From Pseudohongiellaceae bacterium (GTDB taxonomy: Bacteria; Pseudomonadota; Gammaproteobacteria; Pseudomonadales; Pseudohongiellaceae): DNA of 64,000 bases. Below, piece after piece: positions 1 to 10,087 of this stretch. Positions within the stretch are counted from its first letter, which is position 1. Each line of letters begins with the position of its first letter. The notes beneath the pieces were generated by a model. It saw only the letters and a list, made by a program, of their open reading frames with translations, ran no database searches and was not told the DNA's origin. The DNA lies in NCBI GenBank assembly GCA_965662565.1, contig CBFIHS010000004.1, forward strand, positions 2,511 through 66,510, in the 5' to 3' direction. A program made the translations under genes and the position numbers.

Positions 1-340
1 TCAATAAGGCTTCGTCACCACTGTATGTGAAAGGCGAGTCGGCTGTAACGTGGTAAGGATATTCAGGAGCTTTAGAACCATAGCCGCGACTGACTATGCC
101 TGGTCGATATCCTGCATCCAATAATTGTTTGGCAAGATAAACAATAAGAGGTGTTTTACCAGTACCGCCAACACTGATGTTTCCAACTACGATAACCGGA
201 ACACTGGCTCGATAGACCTTGCTTTTCTTAATTTTGAAATAAGTTCGTCGAATACCACTAAGTAGAGAGAACACAGCACTTATGGGTTTTAACCAAGGCT
301 TATGAGTGTCGCTGTACCAGCTTTCAGCAATTTTTTTCAT
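1..340 (-). CDS. lpxK: Tetraacyldisaccharide 4'-kinase LpxK, N-terminal ~113 codons; the gene continues past the window edge
   Basis: Absent from the ORF track because it runs off the edge. Manual minus-strand translation from ATG 340-338 gives MKKIAESWYSDTHKPWLKPISAVFSLLSGIRRTYFKIKKSKVYRASVPVIVVGNISVGGTGKTPLIVYLAKQLLDAGYRPGIVSRGYG... The VGNxxVGGTGKTP P-loop is the LpxK hallmark. ATGA stop/start overlap with msbA, and msbA-lpxK is the classical order. Confidence 0.9.
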   Translation of the reverse strand, partial: MKKIAESWYSDTHKPWLKPISAVFSLLSGIRRTYFKIKKSKVYRASVPVIVVGNISVGGTGKTPLIVYLAKQLLDAGYRPGIVSRGYGSKAPEYPYHVTADSPFTYSGDEALL

Positions 341-2109
341 GAGTTTGAAAACTGTTTTTTATGCAGCTTGGCGTAATTTTGTTGCAAGGCTAAAAGCTCA
401 GAGTGAGTACCACTTTCAACAATTTCACCGGCCTGCATTACAAGAATATGATCCGCCTTTTCAATCGTCGATAGGCGATGAGCGATTACGAAAGTTGTTC
501 TGCCTTGCATTAATGTTTCTAAAGCAGCTTGTATATGTTGTTCGGACTCGCTATCTAAAGCCGAGGTCGCTTCATCAAGAATTAAAATCGGAGCATCTTT
601 TAATAAAGCTCTAGCAATCGCTAAGCGCTGGCGCTGGCCACCAGAAAGTAAGGTGGCATCATCCCCTACTCTGGTATTAATGCCTTCAGGAAGTTGTTGA
701 ATAAAATCGAAGGCATGCGCACTTTTTAAAGCATCAATAATTTCGGTTTCTGATTTTCCAGCCAGCTCGCCATAAGCGACGTTATCTCTTATAGAGCTAT
801 TAAATAAAGTAACCTGTTGACTCACTAAGGCTGTTTGACGACGTAAACTTTTTAGGGTGAATTCTGTATTAGGCTTATCATCAATTAAAATAGCGCCTTC
901 TTTGATCTCGTAAAAGCGAGGTATTAAATTAACCAATGTAGATTTTCCGCTACCTGATTGACCGACAATGGCAATGGTCTGACCAGGACTGACTTCGAAA
1001 TCAATATTTTTGAGAATGTTTTCACCTTTCTCAGAATAACGAAAACTCAGATTACTAAAATTCACTTTGCCGGCAACACGTTCTACTTGATAGTGGCCAG
1101 TATCAGGCTCAGTTTTTTCATCTAATAAATCAAAGATGGATTTAGCTGCTGCCAGGCCACGCTGAATTGAGGCATTAACTTGAGTAAGTTGACGTATAGG
1201 TGTTGAAAGCATACCCGCGGCAATAATAAAAGATGCCAAATCGCCTGTAGAGAGCCCACCTAAAACCTGTGGTGATAAAGCCAACCAAACTAAAAAGGCC
1301 AAGGCCATGGTGACAACAACCTGAACAATAGGTGTGCTGATATTCGAAACCGACTCATATTTGAGGTTTTGACTGCGATTACGAGCACTGGCTTCAGTAA
1401 AATTATCAAGTGCCTGCTTTTCTGCTCCAAAGCTTCGAATTACCCGCATTCCTTTGATGGTCTCAGAGAGGATATGAGTAACATCCCCCATTGAGAATTG
1501 GATTTTTTCACTGTGCTTCCGAAACAGCTTCGAGGCATAGTTCACTACAACACTTATTACAGGCGTGATTGCCATAAAAATTAGCGTGAGTTGCCAGTTC
1601 TGGTAAAACATATAGCCAACTAAACCTATTACCGTTAAGCCCTGCTGGAAGAGAATTTTTAAGGAATCTGTAACAGCAGAAGTAATTTGTTGGACGTTGT
1701 AAGTCACCGTAGACATTAATTTACCTATAGCGCTGCGATCATAAAAACTAATAGGAAGTTGGAGGAAACGCTCTAATAGTTGGGAGCGAATTCGATGCAC
1801 GATGGTATTTGCTATGTAGGCCATGGAATAACCACCTAGATAACCTCCAAAACCACGGGTCGCGGCAAGTAGTACCAGAAGAAACGGGATACGCAAACGC
1901 TCTGTCGCAGTCATTTCTTTTGCTAACTCAATAGTATCAACCAGTTGTCCTGTCAAATAAGCAAACCACGCATTCGTGCTGGCAAACATGATAAAACCAA
2001 TTACGGTAATGATCGCTACTGGCCATAATGGTTTGAGATAAGTCAGCAAGCGCCCGTATAAAGCGACACTGTCTGCCTTGCTTATGTTTTGTGATTCAGG
2101 TGTATTCAT
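337..2109 (-). CDS. msbA: Lipid A export ABC transporter (permease + ATPase) MsbA
   Basis: 590 aa. N-terminal six-TM ABC exporter domain, Walker A GQSGSGKST, signature LSGGQRQR, Walker B ILILDEATSALD. Sits immediately upstream of lpxK. Confidence 0.93.
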   Translation of the reverse strand: MNTPESQNISKADSVALYGRLLTYLKPLWPVAIITVIGFIMFASTNAWFAYLTGQLVDTIELAKEMTATERLRIPFLLVLLAATRGFGGYLGGYSMAYIANTIVHRIRSQLLERFLQLPISFYDRSAIGKLMSTVTYNVQQITSAVTDSLKILFQQGLTVIGLVGYMFYQNWQLTLIFMAITPVISVVVNYASKLFRKHSEKIQFSMGDVTHILSETIKGMRVIRSFGAEKQALDNFTEASARNRSQNLKYESVSNISTPIVQVVVTMALAFLVWLALSPQVLGGLSTGDLASFIIAAGMLSTPIRQLTQVNASIQRGLAAAKSIFDLLDEKTEPDTGHYQVERVAGKVNFSNLSFRYSEKGENILKNIDFEVSPGQTIAIVGQSGSGKSTLVNLIPRFYEIKEGAILIDDKPNTEFTLKSLRRQTALVSQQVTLFNSSIRDNVAYGELAGKSETEIIDALKSAHAFDFIQQLPEGINTRVGDDATLLSGGQRQRLAIARALLKDAPILILDEATSALDSESEQHIQAALETLMQGRTTFVIAHRLSTIEKADHILVMQAGEIVESGTHSELLALQQNYAKLHKKQFSNS

Positions 2110-2531
2110 TGCTCTGCAGAGTCCTCTCTCGTTGCAATATTCAAGCGACTGAATCCTAGTTGTGAGACAGCATCCATTACTGTGACTACTGATTGATAAG
2201 CAACATTGGCATCAGCAGTAATAATGATTGGCAAGCTGTTATCGCCCGCAGAAATTTCTTCTAAAGCTTCCATTAGAGTTGATAGCTGGGTATTCACGAG
2301 GCCGCGGCCGTTGATTGAGTACTCTCCATTTTGAGCAACCAGTATTTCAATTTGTTCGGGTGTCGCTTCCAAGATTTCACCAGAGGCTTCAGGAAGGTTG
2401 ATTAATAAGTTAGTGTCCCGTGTAAAAGTCGTCGTTACCATGAAGAAAATAAGCAACAAGAAAACAACATCTATCAATGGCGTTAAATTGACGCTGACTT
2501 CTTCATTGTTTATGGGGCGATCAAATTTCAT
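2106..2531 (-). CDS. exbD: ExbD/TolR-family biopolymer transport protein
   Basis: 141 aa. Single N-terminal TM (LTPLIDVVFLLLIFFMV) followed by a periplasmic domain, as in ExbD/TolR. ATGA overlap with the msbA start. Confidence 0.85.
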   Translation of the reverse strand: MKFDRPINNEEVSVNLTPLIDVVFLLLIFFMVTTTFTRDTNLLINLPEASGEILEATPEQIEILVAQNGEYSINGRGLVNTQLSTLMEALEEISAGDNSLPIIITADANVAYQSVVTVMDAVSQLGFSRLNIATREDSAEQ

Positions 2532-2537
2532 GATGAC

Positions 2538-3173
2538 TTAACTTTCAGTTTCATTCTTGTAATCAACATTACGAGCCGAATGCAAAGCATCAACTAGCTT
2601 AATCGATTCCCTCTCTAGCTCGACCACCAGACTATCAATGCGTCGCATAAAGAAGCGATAGAACAATAAGGTTGGTATCGCAACGGCAAGTCCGGCGGCT
2701 GTTGTAATGAGCGCCTCAGAAATCCCTCCAGCCAGAACGTTAGCGTTCCCAGTGCCTTGGGCCATGATTTCCGTGAAGACGCGAATCATGCCAAGCACAG
2801 TTCCTAAAAGGCCTAACAAAGGGGTTATTTGAGCGATGGTGCCTAGCAAATTTAAATAACGGGACATGTCATGAATAACATGAGAGGCCGCTTGCTCAAT
2901 GCTTTCACTCATAATGTCTCGACCCGATTTGGCGCTAACCAAACCGGCAGCCAAAATTTGTCCAAGTGGAGATGAGTAACGCAAATCTCTAAGTTCTTGG
3001 GCATTGAGCTGGTTATTCTTAATTTTGGTCCATACTTCAGGCAGCATATTCTTTGGCGCAATCTTGGTCGGACTTAAAGTCCAGAAACGTTCGATAATAA
3101 TCGCGATAGCAAGGATGGAACAAAGGATGATAGGCAGCATCAAAAGGCCACCAGCCTGGACTATTTCAAACAA
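2538..3173 (-). CDS. exbB: MotA/TolQ/ExbB-family proton channel protein
   Basis: 211 aa. Three-TM layout with conserved C-terminal TM pair (GLLGTVLGMI ... EALITTAAGLAVAIP). Lies 6 nt upstream of exbD. Confidence 0.85.
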   Translation of the reverse strand: MFEIVQAGGLLMLPIILCSILAIAIIIERFWTLSPTKIAPKNMLPEVWTKIKNNQLNAQELRDLRYSSPLGQILAAGLVSAKSGRDIMSESIEQAASHVIHDMSRYLNLLGTIAQITPLLGLLGTVLGMIRVFTEIMAQGTGNANVLAGGISEALITTAAGLAVAIPTLLFYRFFMRRIDSLVVELERESIKLVDALHSARNVDYKNETES

Positions 3174-3260
3174 AGATAAACCCTCTTAATAATAACCAAC
3201 ATTGATCTAGGCAAGCAGCGAATATTAACACATTCCCTTAATAGCTCTCAGCGAAAAAAC

Positions 3261-5683
3261 TTAAGGGAGCTTACGCCAAAAGCGTTGATTACTAATCCGA
3301 TAAAGCTCAGGCTTCGCTAAAACTTCGTTTTCAGTGATTAGCCAGCTTATTTTTCCCCTTTCGGCTTTAATTAGGTCAATTGTGCCAGTGTTTGTATAGA
3401 GTTTCACTATATCTGGGTGCGGATGATTGAATTGATTTAAATAACCACTGGAAAATACCACATAATCTGGGCTAACAGCCTTAATTAAGGCGGGATGAGA
3501 AGATGTTTTAGAGCCATGATGAGGCGCAATTAAGACGTCCGCATCTAAATTCACCTGATTAAAGAGCAAAAGTGGTTCGACCTCTGTCTCGATATCACCT
3601 GTTAGTAATATTGAGTGCTGTTTATTGCTAATTTTAAGAACACAGGATGAGTTATTGCTGTGTAGGTCTCAGCATTTGGATGAAGTACTTCAAAAATGAC
3701 ATCATCCCATTCCCATTTTTGCCCTTTTCGACACAGCTCGATGTCTAAGTCTTGCTTGTCGGAACTGAAGATTAAAGCATCACTGCTTATGTACTTAGCC
3801 GTTGGGAATGCCCTTATAATGGCAGCTAAGCCTCCTGCATGATCATTATCTCCATGACTTAATATCACTGAATTTATATCTATGATGTTCTCGGAACGTA
3901 AAAATGGAAGCACTATGTCCTTACCGGCATTAAAGTCTTCACTGCATTTAGGACCAAGGTCGTAGAGCAAGACATGCTTATGAGTTCTGATTACGCTTGC
4001 TAAGCCTTGCCCCACATCTAAAACGTGGAGCTCAAATTCACCATCACTCAATTCTGCTGAGCGCACCAATAGCATAGGTGATAGCCCCAGAAGTAGCCCT
4101 ATGCGAAGACCTTTTTTCAAACCTAAACCATGCAAAGCAAGTACTAGACAGGTGATCAGCACTAAAGATTGCCACGCTGGTATGGCGGGAAGTTGAATTA
4201 AGGCGTCTGCTGAAAGCTCATGTATTTGTATTAGCTTATTTACGAAAAACTCTACGAGCTTGTCTGTCAGAACCACAATTATCTGAAAAATAGTATGAGA
4301 AGAAAATGGCTGGAAAAAACTTAACACTAGAACCAACAAACAAAGCGGGACGATCAATAAGGTAATGTATGGAATAGCAAAGAGATTTACCAAAGGCGCA
4401 CTAAAGCTAGTTTGCTGAAATATGATCAGCATCAGAGGTAATAAACCTAAAAAAATATAACACTGCGTTTTAAACAAAAGCAGAGTTTTACCCAAAAAAC
4501 TGAGCTTCTTTTGGGACTGGTCTTTTCTAATACAGAATAGAAGTATCCCCACTGCCGCAAAAGAAAGGCAGAATTCTGCACTGATTGGCGCAAGTGGATT
4601 GAAAGCCAGAACCAAGGCTAAAGCAAAGCAATAACTACTACTGGCAATACTGTGACGGCAAAAAAAATGGCCTAGCATAAAAGCCGCAATCATAATGAAG
4701 GCCCTTTGAGCTGGTAATCCAAAGCCCGCCATCTCGGCATAGACATAGGCTCCGACTAAAGCCATCAAGGCCGCAAACCTTTGCGCTGGTATTAGCTTTG
4801 TAAGCGATGTGAATTGCTTGAAAAAGAATTTAGAGAGATTAAAAGCTAAGAAGGCGACGAAACCTACGTGCATTCCTGAAATAACAACTAAATGATTTGT
4901 CCCTTTAGCGCTAATGAGCTCCCAGTCTTTAGCGCTTATTCCTTGTCTATCACCAATACTTAAGGCTAAGAGTAAATTGAGTTGCTGCAGTGAATGGCCA
5001 GCTGAAATTCCAATAAGCTTTTGTTTAAATTGATACCGAAAAGAATCAAAACCCCAATCAGCTATAACCTCGAATATGTGATTGTTATTGTCTTTTCGAA
5101 CATAGCCTACGGCACGAATGCCCTGCTCCCATAAACTTGCTTCGTAGTCAAAGCCTCCTGGATTTAAAAAACCATTCGGTCGCTTTAGCCGAACTTTGAA
5201 TTGCCAGTATTGTCCAGGCTCTATCTGAATAAGTTCATACAAGCTCAACTGAATATTTTGATTGTCTAAAGCACTACCAATCGATTCACAATTTTCGAAT
5301 AAATAATTTGAACAGGCCTTATCAACATTGAAGGTAAAATTGCTCCCTAAAGCAGTCTGCCTGGGTAGATCACTTATATAGCCTCTAACCCAATGGTCAT
5401 TTTTCTCAAGTTCTTTCGGCAGTATGTGATTGACAGAATATTGCGCCCAGCCAATAAACCAGACTAATCCTAGACAATAAGGAGCAAGCAATCTCAAAAA
5501 ATTAAAACGCAGGCTTAGTAAAGCAGGAATGAAGAACAGCGGGATATAAATGCTTTTAGGCAGATGCGGGATGAAGCCAGCCAATAGAATGCCTAAACTG
5601 AAAGCGATCATCCATGAGCGCATAAATAATAAAACCGAGTTCAACCCTGTCTTCAGTTTAGAACTGGCTCTGCTTTGTACCAA
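3261..5683 (-). pseudogene. comEC: DNA internalisation competence protein ComEC/Rec2, split by a net 1-nt deletion inside the metallo-beta-lactamase domain
   Basis: ORF 3602-5683 carries the polytopic ComEC region and the start of the MBL domain (ILSHGDNDHAGG), then ends in an out-of-frame tail. Re-reading one base off from ~3668 gives NNSSCVLKISNKQHSILLTGDIETEVEPLLLFNQVNLDADVLIAPHHGSKTSS..., which is continuous with ORF 3261-3569. Together this is ~795 codons, the normal ComEC length. Confidence 0.8.
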
Positions 5684-5738
5684 TTTTATTTTGGCTTAAT
5701 TCATCCAAAATAAAAATTTAAAGGTAATAACAATATGC

Positions 5739-6652
5739 CTAGTTTAATTCGTGATTAGTAAAAAACTCCCAGATTAATTCGCTGGCCTTAACTTCTTTAT
5801 TCGTTTTTCTGTTTGGGGCACTATCAGGAGCACCTGGCCACGTATGATTTCCAGTTGTTAATTGATAAAACTGAATTTCGGCCGGTCCAGCGCAGTCTGA
5901 CCAATGATAATAAGTAACATGTGGGGAGATTCTGTCTGCGGAATTCCTCAGCGTGCAATCATTCGCTTGACGCCATTTGTCCAAAGCCGTCTCGACTCCC
6001 ATTCTCCAATATGGGCGGGAATTCCCAGCAAGCTCATATTGGTTAACCGCATCATCGGTACTATGGATGCTAGAATTGGAATTGCTCTTTGAAGAGTACA
6101 ACCGTCGGGATATTGAAGACCAGCAACTGGTGCTGCCGCAGCTAGCACATCAGAAAGTTCACAAGCCAGTCTACTTGTTATGCGTGCACCGCCAGACATA
6201 CCCGTTGAATAAATACGCTTACGATCAAGACTGATCATCCCAGCAATGTCTTCAATCATATCGCGAGCGAATTGAACATCATCGACACCGGGGTCGAGAT
6301 TAGCATTCCAACTACCTGAAGTAACTGAATTAGTAAAAGCACCAACAGGGTAAACCAATACAAAGCCATTCTCTTCAGCTAATCGAATAAAATCAGTTTG
6401 CGACTCTAATCTTTCTGGAGTACTACCTGAACCATGAAAATTTAAAACTAAAGGTAGGCTGGAGTCATCAGCATGAGAAGGGATATATAGAACATAGGAG
6501 CGTTCGACGCCTGCTGAATTCAGTTTTTGGGTAGATTGCACACCTGAATTCTGAGCATAAGTTAGGTTTGATAGAAAAACGCTGAATAAAGCACATTTGA
6601 CGAAGGAGATTAGTAAAGGAAAATTGCTTTTTTGCTTAGTTGTTTTTTGCAT
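5739..6652 (-). pseudogene. Secreted alpha/beta-hydrolase esterase of the PHB-depolymerase (LpqC-like) family, split by a net 1-nt deletion
   Basis: ORF 5948-6652 has a signal peptide, LVLNFHGSGS and the nucleophile elbow GMSGGA, then ...AAPVAGLQYPDGCTLQRAIPIL followed by a nonsense tail. Overlapping ORF 5739-6101 in the neighbouring frame continues SIHSTDDAVNQY...DKWRQANDCT...GNHTWPG, the expected C-terminal half of this family. Confidence 0.7.
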
Positions 6653-6735
6653 GGTGAGTTCTCATGTCTTGTTATTATTATTCGTTAACTCTATTTCTTA
6701 TTTATTTATAAGACAAGGCGCTTACTGTTAAGTTT

Positions 6736-7992
6736 CTATTCATAACGTAAAGCTTGGACTGGATCCGTTTTCGCAGCCGAGTATGCTGGGTATAGAGTTG
6801 CAAGCAGACCCATCAGCATAGAAACAACACAAATAAACACAAGATCGCTAATAAGTATTTGTGAAGGAAGATAGTTAATTGGGTAAACCTCAGCATTAAG
6901 AAACTGAATGTCGAACACGTGCTCTAACCAAGCAACAAAATCACTTATATACACAGAACCTATAACACCTAGTAACAAACCACTTAAGGTTCCAATAAAA
7001 CCAATAATAAAACCCTGAAAGAGAAAGATATTACGAATGATTGCAAAAGAACTCCCCATAGTCCTTAAAATTGCTATATCTCCCTGCTTGTCTCTCACGA
7101 CCATGAACAAGCTCACTACCACATTAAAAATAGCGACAATAATGAGTAAGAATAGCAACAAGCCCACCATGGATTTTGAGAGTCTTATATTGTTATATAT
7201 GTTGCCATACTCTCGGGTCCAATTAGTAAAACCATAAGTACCAGCAATTCGATTTTGAATGCGTCGAATCACCGTATCACTTTGAAACAGGTCGTTTAAT
7301 TGAATGCGCAGCCCCTGGATATTATCGCCGAGTCGGTAGAGCAATTGAGCATCATTCATATGAACCAAAGCTAAATTGCTGTCTAGTTGAGAACCTACTC
7401 TAAAAATACCACTGACTGTAAAACTTCTCTGTCTAGGAAACTCCCCTAAAGGAGTGATATTTAGATAGCTAGAAACTAGCGTGAGATCATCCCCTATTTC
7501 CAACTTCAAATGTTCTGCGATGTCTGCCCCAATAAGAATGGAGTACTCCCCTTTGTTTAAGGTAGAAAGTCCTCCTTCAATAAAAAAATCATCCAATATC
7601 GAAATTTCGGTTTCAGCTGCAGGGTCAACTCCATTTAACAAAACGCCTCGTGATTGTTGATTAGCCAAAAGCAAACCCTGAACTTGTATCAAGGGCGCTG
7701 TTCCTAGGACCTCGTCATCATTTTCAATAACACTTTTGATAGTCTGCCATTCTTGCAAATTCATTAAGGCTTCATTGCGTAAACTGTTGATAGTTATGTG
7801 TGGGACTAAAGCAAGTATGCGCTCTCGAAGTTCACGGTCGAAACCATTCATAACAGAAAACACAATAATCAAAACAGCCACGCTAAGACTTAAGCCTATG
7901 ACTGCCAAGCGTGAGATAAAACCCACTAGGAAGTTATTTGAGCTTATGGCGGCATAACGTTGACCAATAAACAATGCCGGCTTTATATTCAT
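6736..7992 (-). CDS. lolE: Lipoprotein-releasing system permease LolE
   Basis: FtsX-like four-TM permease with a large periplasmic loop. Third gene of the lolC-lolD-lolE order. Likely start is MNIKPALFIGQRY at 7992, one base after the lolD stop; the ORF-track start at 8025 overlaps lolD. Confidence 0.85.
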   Translation of the reverse strand: MNIKPALFIGQRYAAISSNNFLVGFISRLAVIGLSLSVAVLIIVFSVMNGFDRELRERILALVPHITINSLRNEALMNLQEWQTIKSVIENDDEVLGTAPLIQVQGLLLANQQSRGVLLNGVDPAAETEISILDDFFIEGGLSTLNKGEYSILIGADIAEHLKLEIGDDLTLVSSYLNITPLGEFPRQRSFTVSGIFRVGSQLDSNLALVHMNDAQLLYRLGDNIQGLRIQLNDLFQSDTVIRRIQNRIAGTYGFTNWTREYGNIYNNIRLSKSMVGLLLFLLIIVAIFNVVVSLFMVVRDKQGDIAILRTMGSSFAIIRNIFLFQGFIIGFIGTLSGLLLGVIGSVYISDFVAWLEHVFDIQFLNAEVYPINYLPSQILISDLVFICVVSMLMGLLATLYPAYSAAKTDPVQALRYE

Positions 7993-7993
7993 C

Positions 7994-8683
7994 TCAACCA
8001 AGCTCCTGAGTAATAAGCTTGCCATCTTTTAAAATAAGTTTACGATCCATTTTATCGGCAAGTTCTTGGTCATGAGTCACAATAATGAAGCAAGTAGTCA
8101 TTGTTAATTTCAATTCAAGCATCAACTCTTGAACACTTCTAGCTGTATTGCGATCTAAATTCCCAGTTGGCTCATCCATAAACACGCAGGCGGGTTTGTG
8201 TACCAAAGCTCTAGCTATCGCTACACGCTGCCTTTCTCCTCCAGACAACTGAGAAGGTTTATGAGTCAGGCGTTGACTGAGCCCTACTTGAGCGAGTATT
8301 TCAGAGGCAGCCTGAATGCTTTCTTGGAATGGTTTTTTTGCAATTATGAGAGGCATCGCAACATTTTCTAGTGCTGTAAACTCGCCTAACAAATGATGAA
8401 ACTGATAGACAAAACCTAAAGTCTCATTCCTCAGTTTGTCTTGATCCTTGTTATTTAGTTGATGAATATTTTTATTTTGAATTAAAACTGAGCCAGAGCT
8501 TGGTTGGTCTAGACCTCCTAAGAGGTTTAATAATGTCGTCTTGCCCGAACCGGAACTACCGACTACAGCCACACTTTCACCAGTACTGATCTCAAAGTCG
8601 AGATCATTCAAAACAGTAAGAACATCACTACCCTGCTTGAAAACCTTAGTTAATTGTTGGCATTGTAAAATTACATTACTCAT
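7994..8683 (-). CDS. lolD: Lipoprotein-releasing system ATP-binding protein LolD
   Basis: Walker A GSSGSGKTT, signature LSGGERQR, Walker B VFMDEPTGNLD. Likely start is MSNVILQCQQ at 8683 (ATGAGTAA overlap with the lolC stop) rather than 8746. Confidence 0.9.
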   Translation of the reverse strand: MSNVILQCQQLTKVFKQGSDVLTVLNDLDFEISTGESVAVVGSSGSGKTTLLNLLGGLDQPSSGSVLIQNKNIHQLNNKDQDKLRNETLGFVYQFHHLLGEFTALENVAMPLIIAKKPFQESIQAASEILAQVGLSQRLTHKPSQLSGGERQRVAIARALVHKPACVFMDEPTGNLDRNTARSVQELMLELKLTMTTCFIIVTHDQELADKMDRKLILKDGKLITQELG

Positions 8684-9926
8684 AACGCAGAACTTCCGCT
8701 GGATGAATTTTAGAGGCTTTCCACGCCGGATAAAGAGTGGCTGCAAAAGAAATTAATAACGCGCAGAGGCAAGTAATTAAGACGTCATAAATATGAATCT
8801 CTGTGCTAATGACGCTCAACATGAACATTCCGTCTGGGATTAAAAGCAGTTCAATAAATTGACCAAGAACAGTGAAATTGGCAGCGATAAAAAGACCTAA
8901 AACAGCGCCAAGGATGGTTCCAGCAATACCCACCAATAAGCCCTGAATAATAAAGATTGTCATTATGGTATTGCTAGATGCTCCCATAGTTCGCAAGATC
9001 GCTACATCCGCTTTTTTTTCTGAAACCACCATAACCAAAGTGGAAATAATATTGAAAGCTCCGATGGCGACTATCATCATTAATATAAACCAGGTCATGA
9101 TTTTTTCCATTCTTAAGGCATTAAATAAGCTTGCTTCAGTAACACTCCAATCCTCACCGTAATAGGACACATCCGGAAGTTGAGTTTCAAGAGTTTCGAT
9201 ACTGGTTTCCACAATCGATCCAGCTTGATAAATGTCATCAACTTTTAAACGTAAGCGTACGGCCTGCTCCGGGCTTTCTAAACCCAGCAACTCGACACTG
9301 TCATCGATGTGTATAAGCGCCAGGTTAGACCCAATACTAAATTGCACATCAAATATTCCAGTTACTGTAAAAGTGTATCTGTTTAATTGTAAGCGGCGAT
9401 TGGTATTTCCTAACTCAGGCACAATAAGTGTAAGGGAGTCGCCAGGCAACAGACGTAAGCTGTTTGCTAGCCCCCTCCCAAGCACAATACCCCGTTCACC
9501 GCTTTTAAGCTTAAGAATACTGCCTTGAATCATGCTGCTTTCAATTTCTGAGGTTTGGTTTTCTGCTAAAGGATCTATCCCTTTAACTTGAGTTACCTGA
9601 TGGTTGCCATTTTTGCTTAACATTGCTTCAAGAGAGGTATAGGGCGATACGCTGACGATGTCAGGTTCAGCTTGTAAAATAGCGCTTGCTTGCTGCCAAT
9701 TTGGAAAATTTCCATTGGTATAGATATCAGCATGAGGGACAGTGATTAGAGTCCGTTCGCGTTGCTCTCCTTGCGCGCCATTAAAAACAGCAAGAACCAC
9801 TATCAAGGCCAAAACACCAAGAGTAAGGCCCGCCATAGATACCAGAGAAGTAAAAGAAATTACTCGATTATCTTTTTTAGAAAGTATGTAACGCAGGCCT
9901 ATGAAGAAAGACGCTGTTGTCCGCAT
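8676..9926 (-). CDS. lolC: Lipoprotein-releasing system permease LolC
   Basis: 416 aa, paralogous to the LolE ORF (same FtsX-type architecture, C-terminal ...AEVLRYE). First gene of the lolCDE order. Confidence 0.85.
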   Translation of the reverse strand: MRTTASFFIGLRYILSKKDNRVISFTSLVSMAGLTLGVLALIVVLAVFNGAQGEQRERTLITVPHADIYTNGNFPNWQQASAILQAEPDIVSVSPYTSLEAMLSKNGNHQVTQVKGIDPLAENQTSEIESSMIQGSILKLKSGERGIVLGRGLANSLRLLPGDSLTLIVPELGNTNRRLQLNRYTFTVTGIFDVQFSIGSNLALIHIDDSVELLGLESPEQAVRLRLKVDDIYQAGSIVETSIETLETQLPDVSYYGEDWSVTEASLFNALRMEKIMTWFILMMIVAIGAFNIISTLVMVVSEKKADVAILRTMGASSNTIMTIFIIQGLLVGIAGTILGAVLGLFIAANFTVLGQFIELLLIPDGMFMLSVISTEIHIYDVLITCLCALLISFAATLYPAWKASKIHPAEVLRYE

Positions 9927-10087
9927 GTCTGAGTTAAAACCTATTCAAAACCAAGGGCAATTTTGCAGGGATGGTGCTGACAGGTCAAGGAAGCAATGTG
10001 TAAATCGATGTTATAGCTAGGGATAAAGTAAAAAAAATAAAACCAACTATACTGAATAAAAACCTCATAATTAATTGGCTCTTTAAA

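Noticed and set aside
3645-3670. Programmed ribosomal frameshift in comEC, and likewise in the esterase near 6070.
   Set aside because: No slippery heptamer or homopolymer at either junction, and no precedent known to me for programmed frameshifting in these families.
9965-10000. GGTGCTGACAGGTCAAGGAAGCA resembles the AGGUCA...GGAAGCAGC core of SRP (4.5S) RNA.
   Set aside because: The GGAA tetraloop context (UCC-GGAA-GGA) is missing and the flanks cannot form the long complementary hairpin required, so it is probably coincidence.
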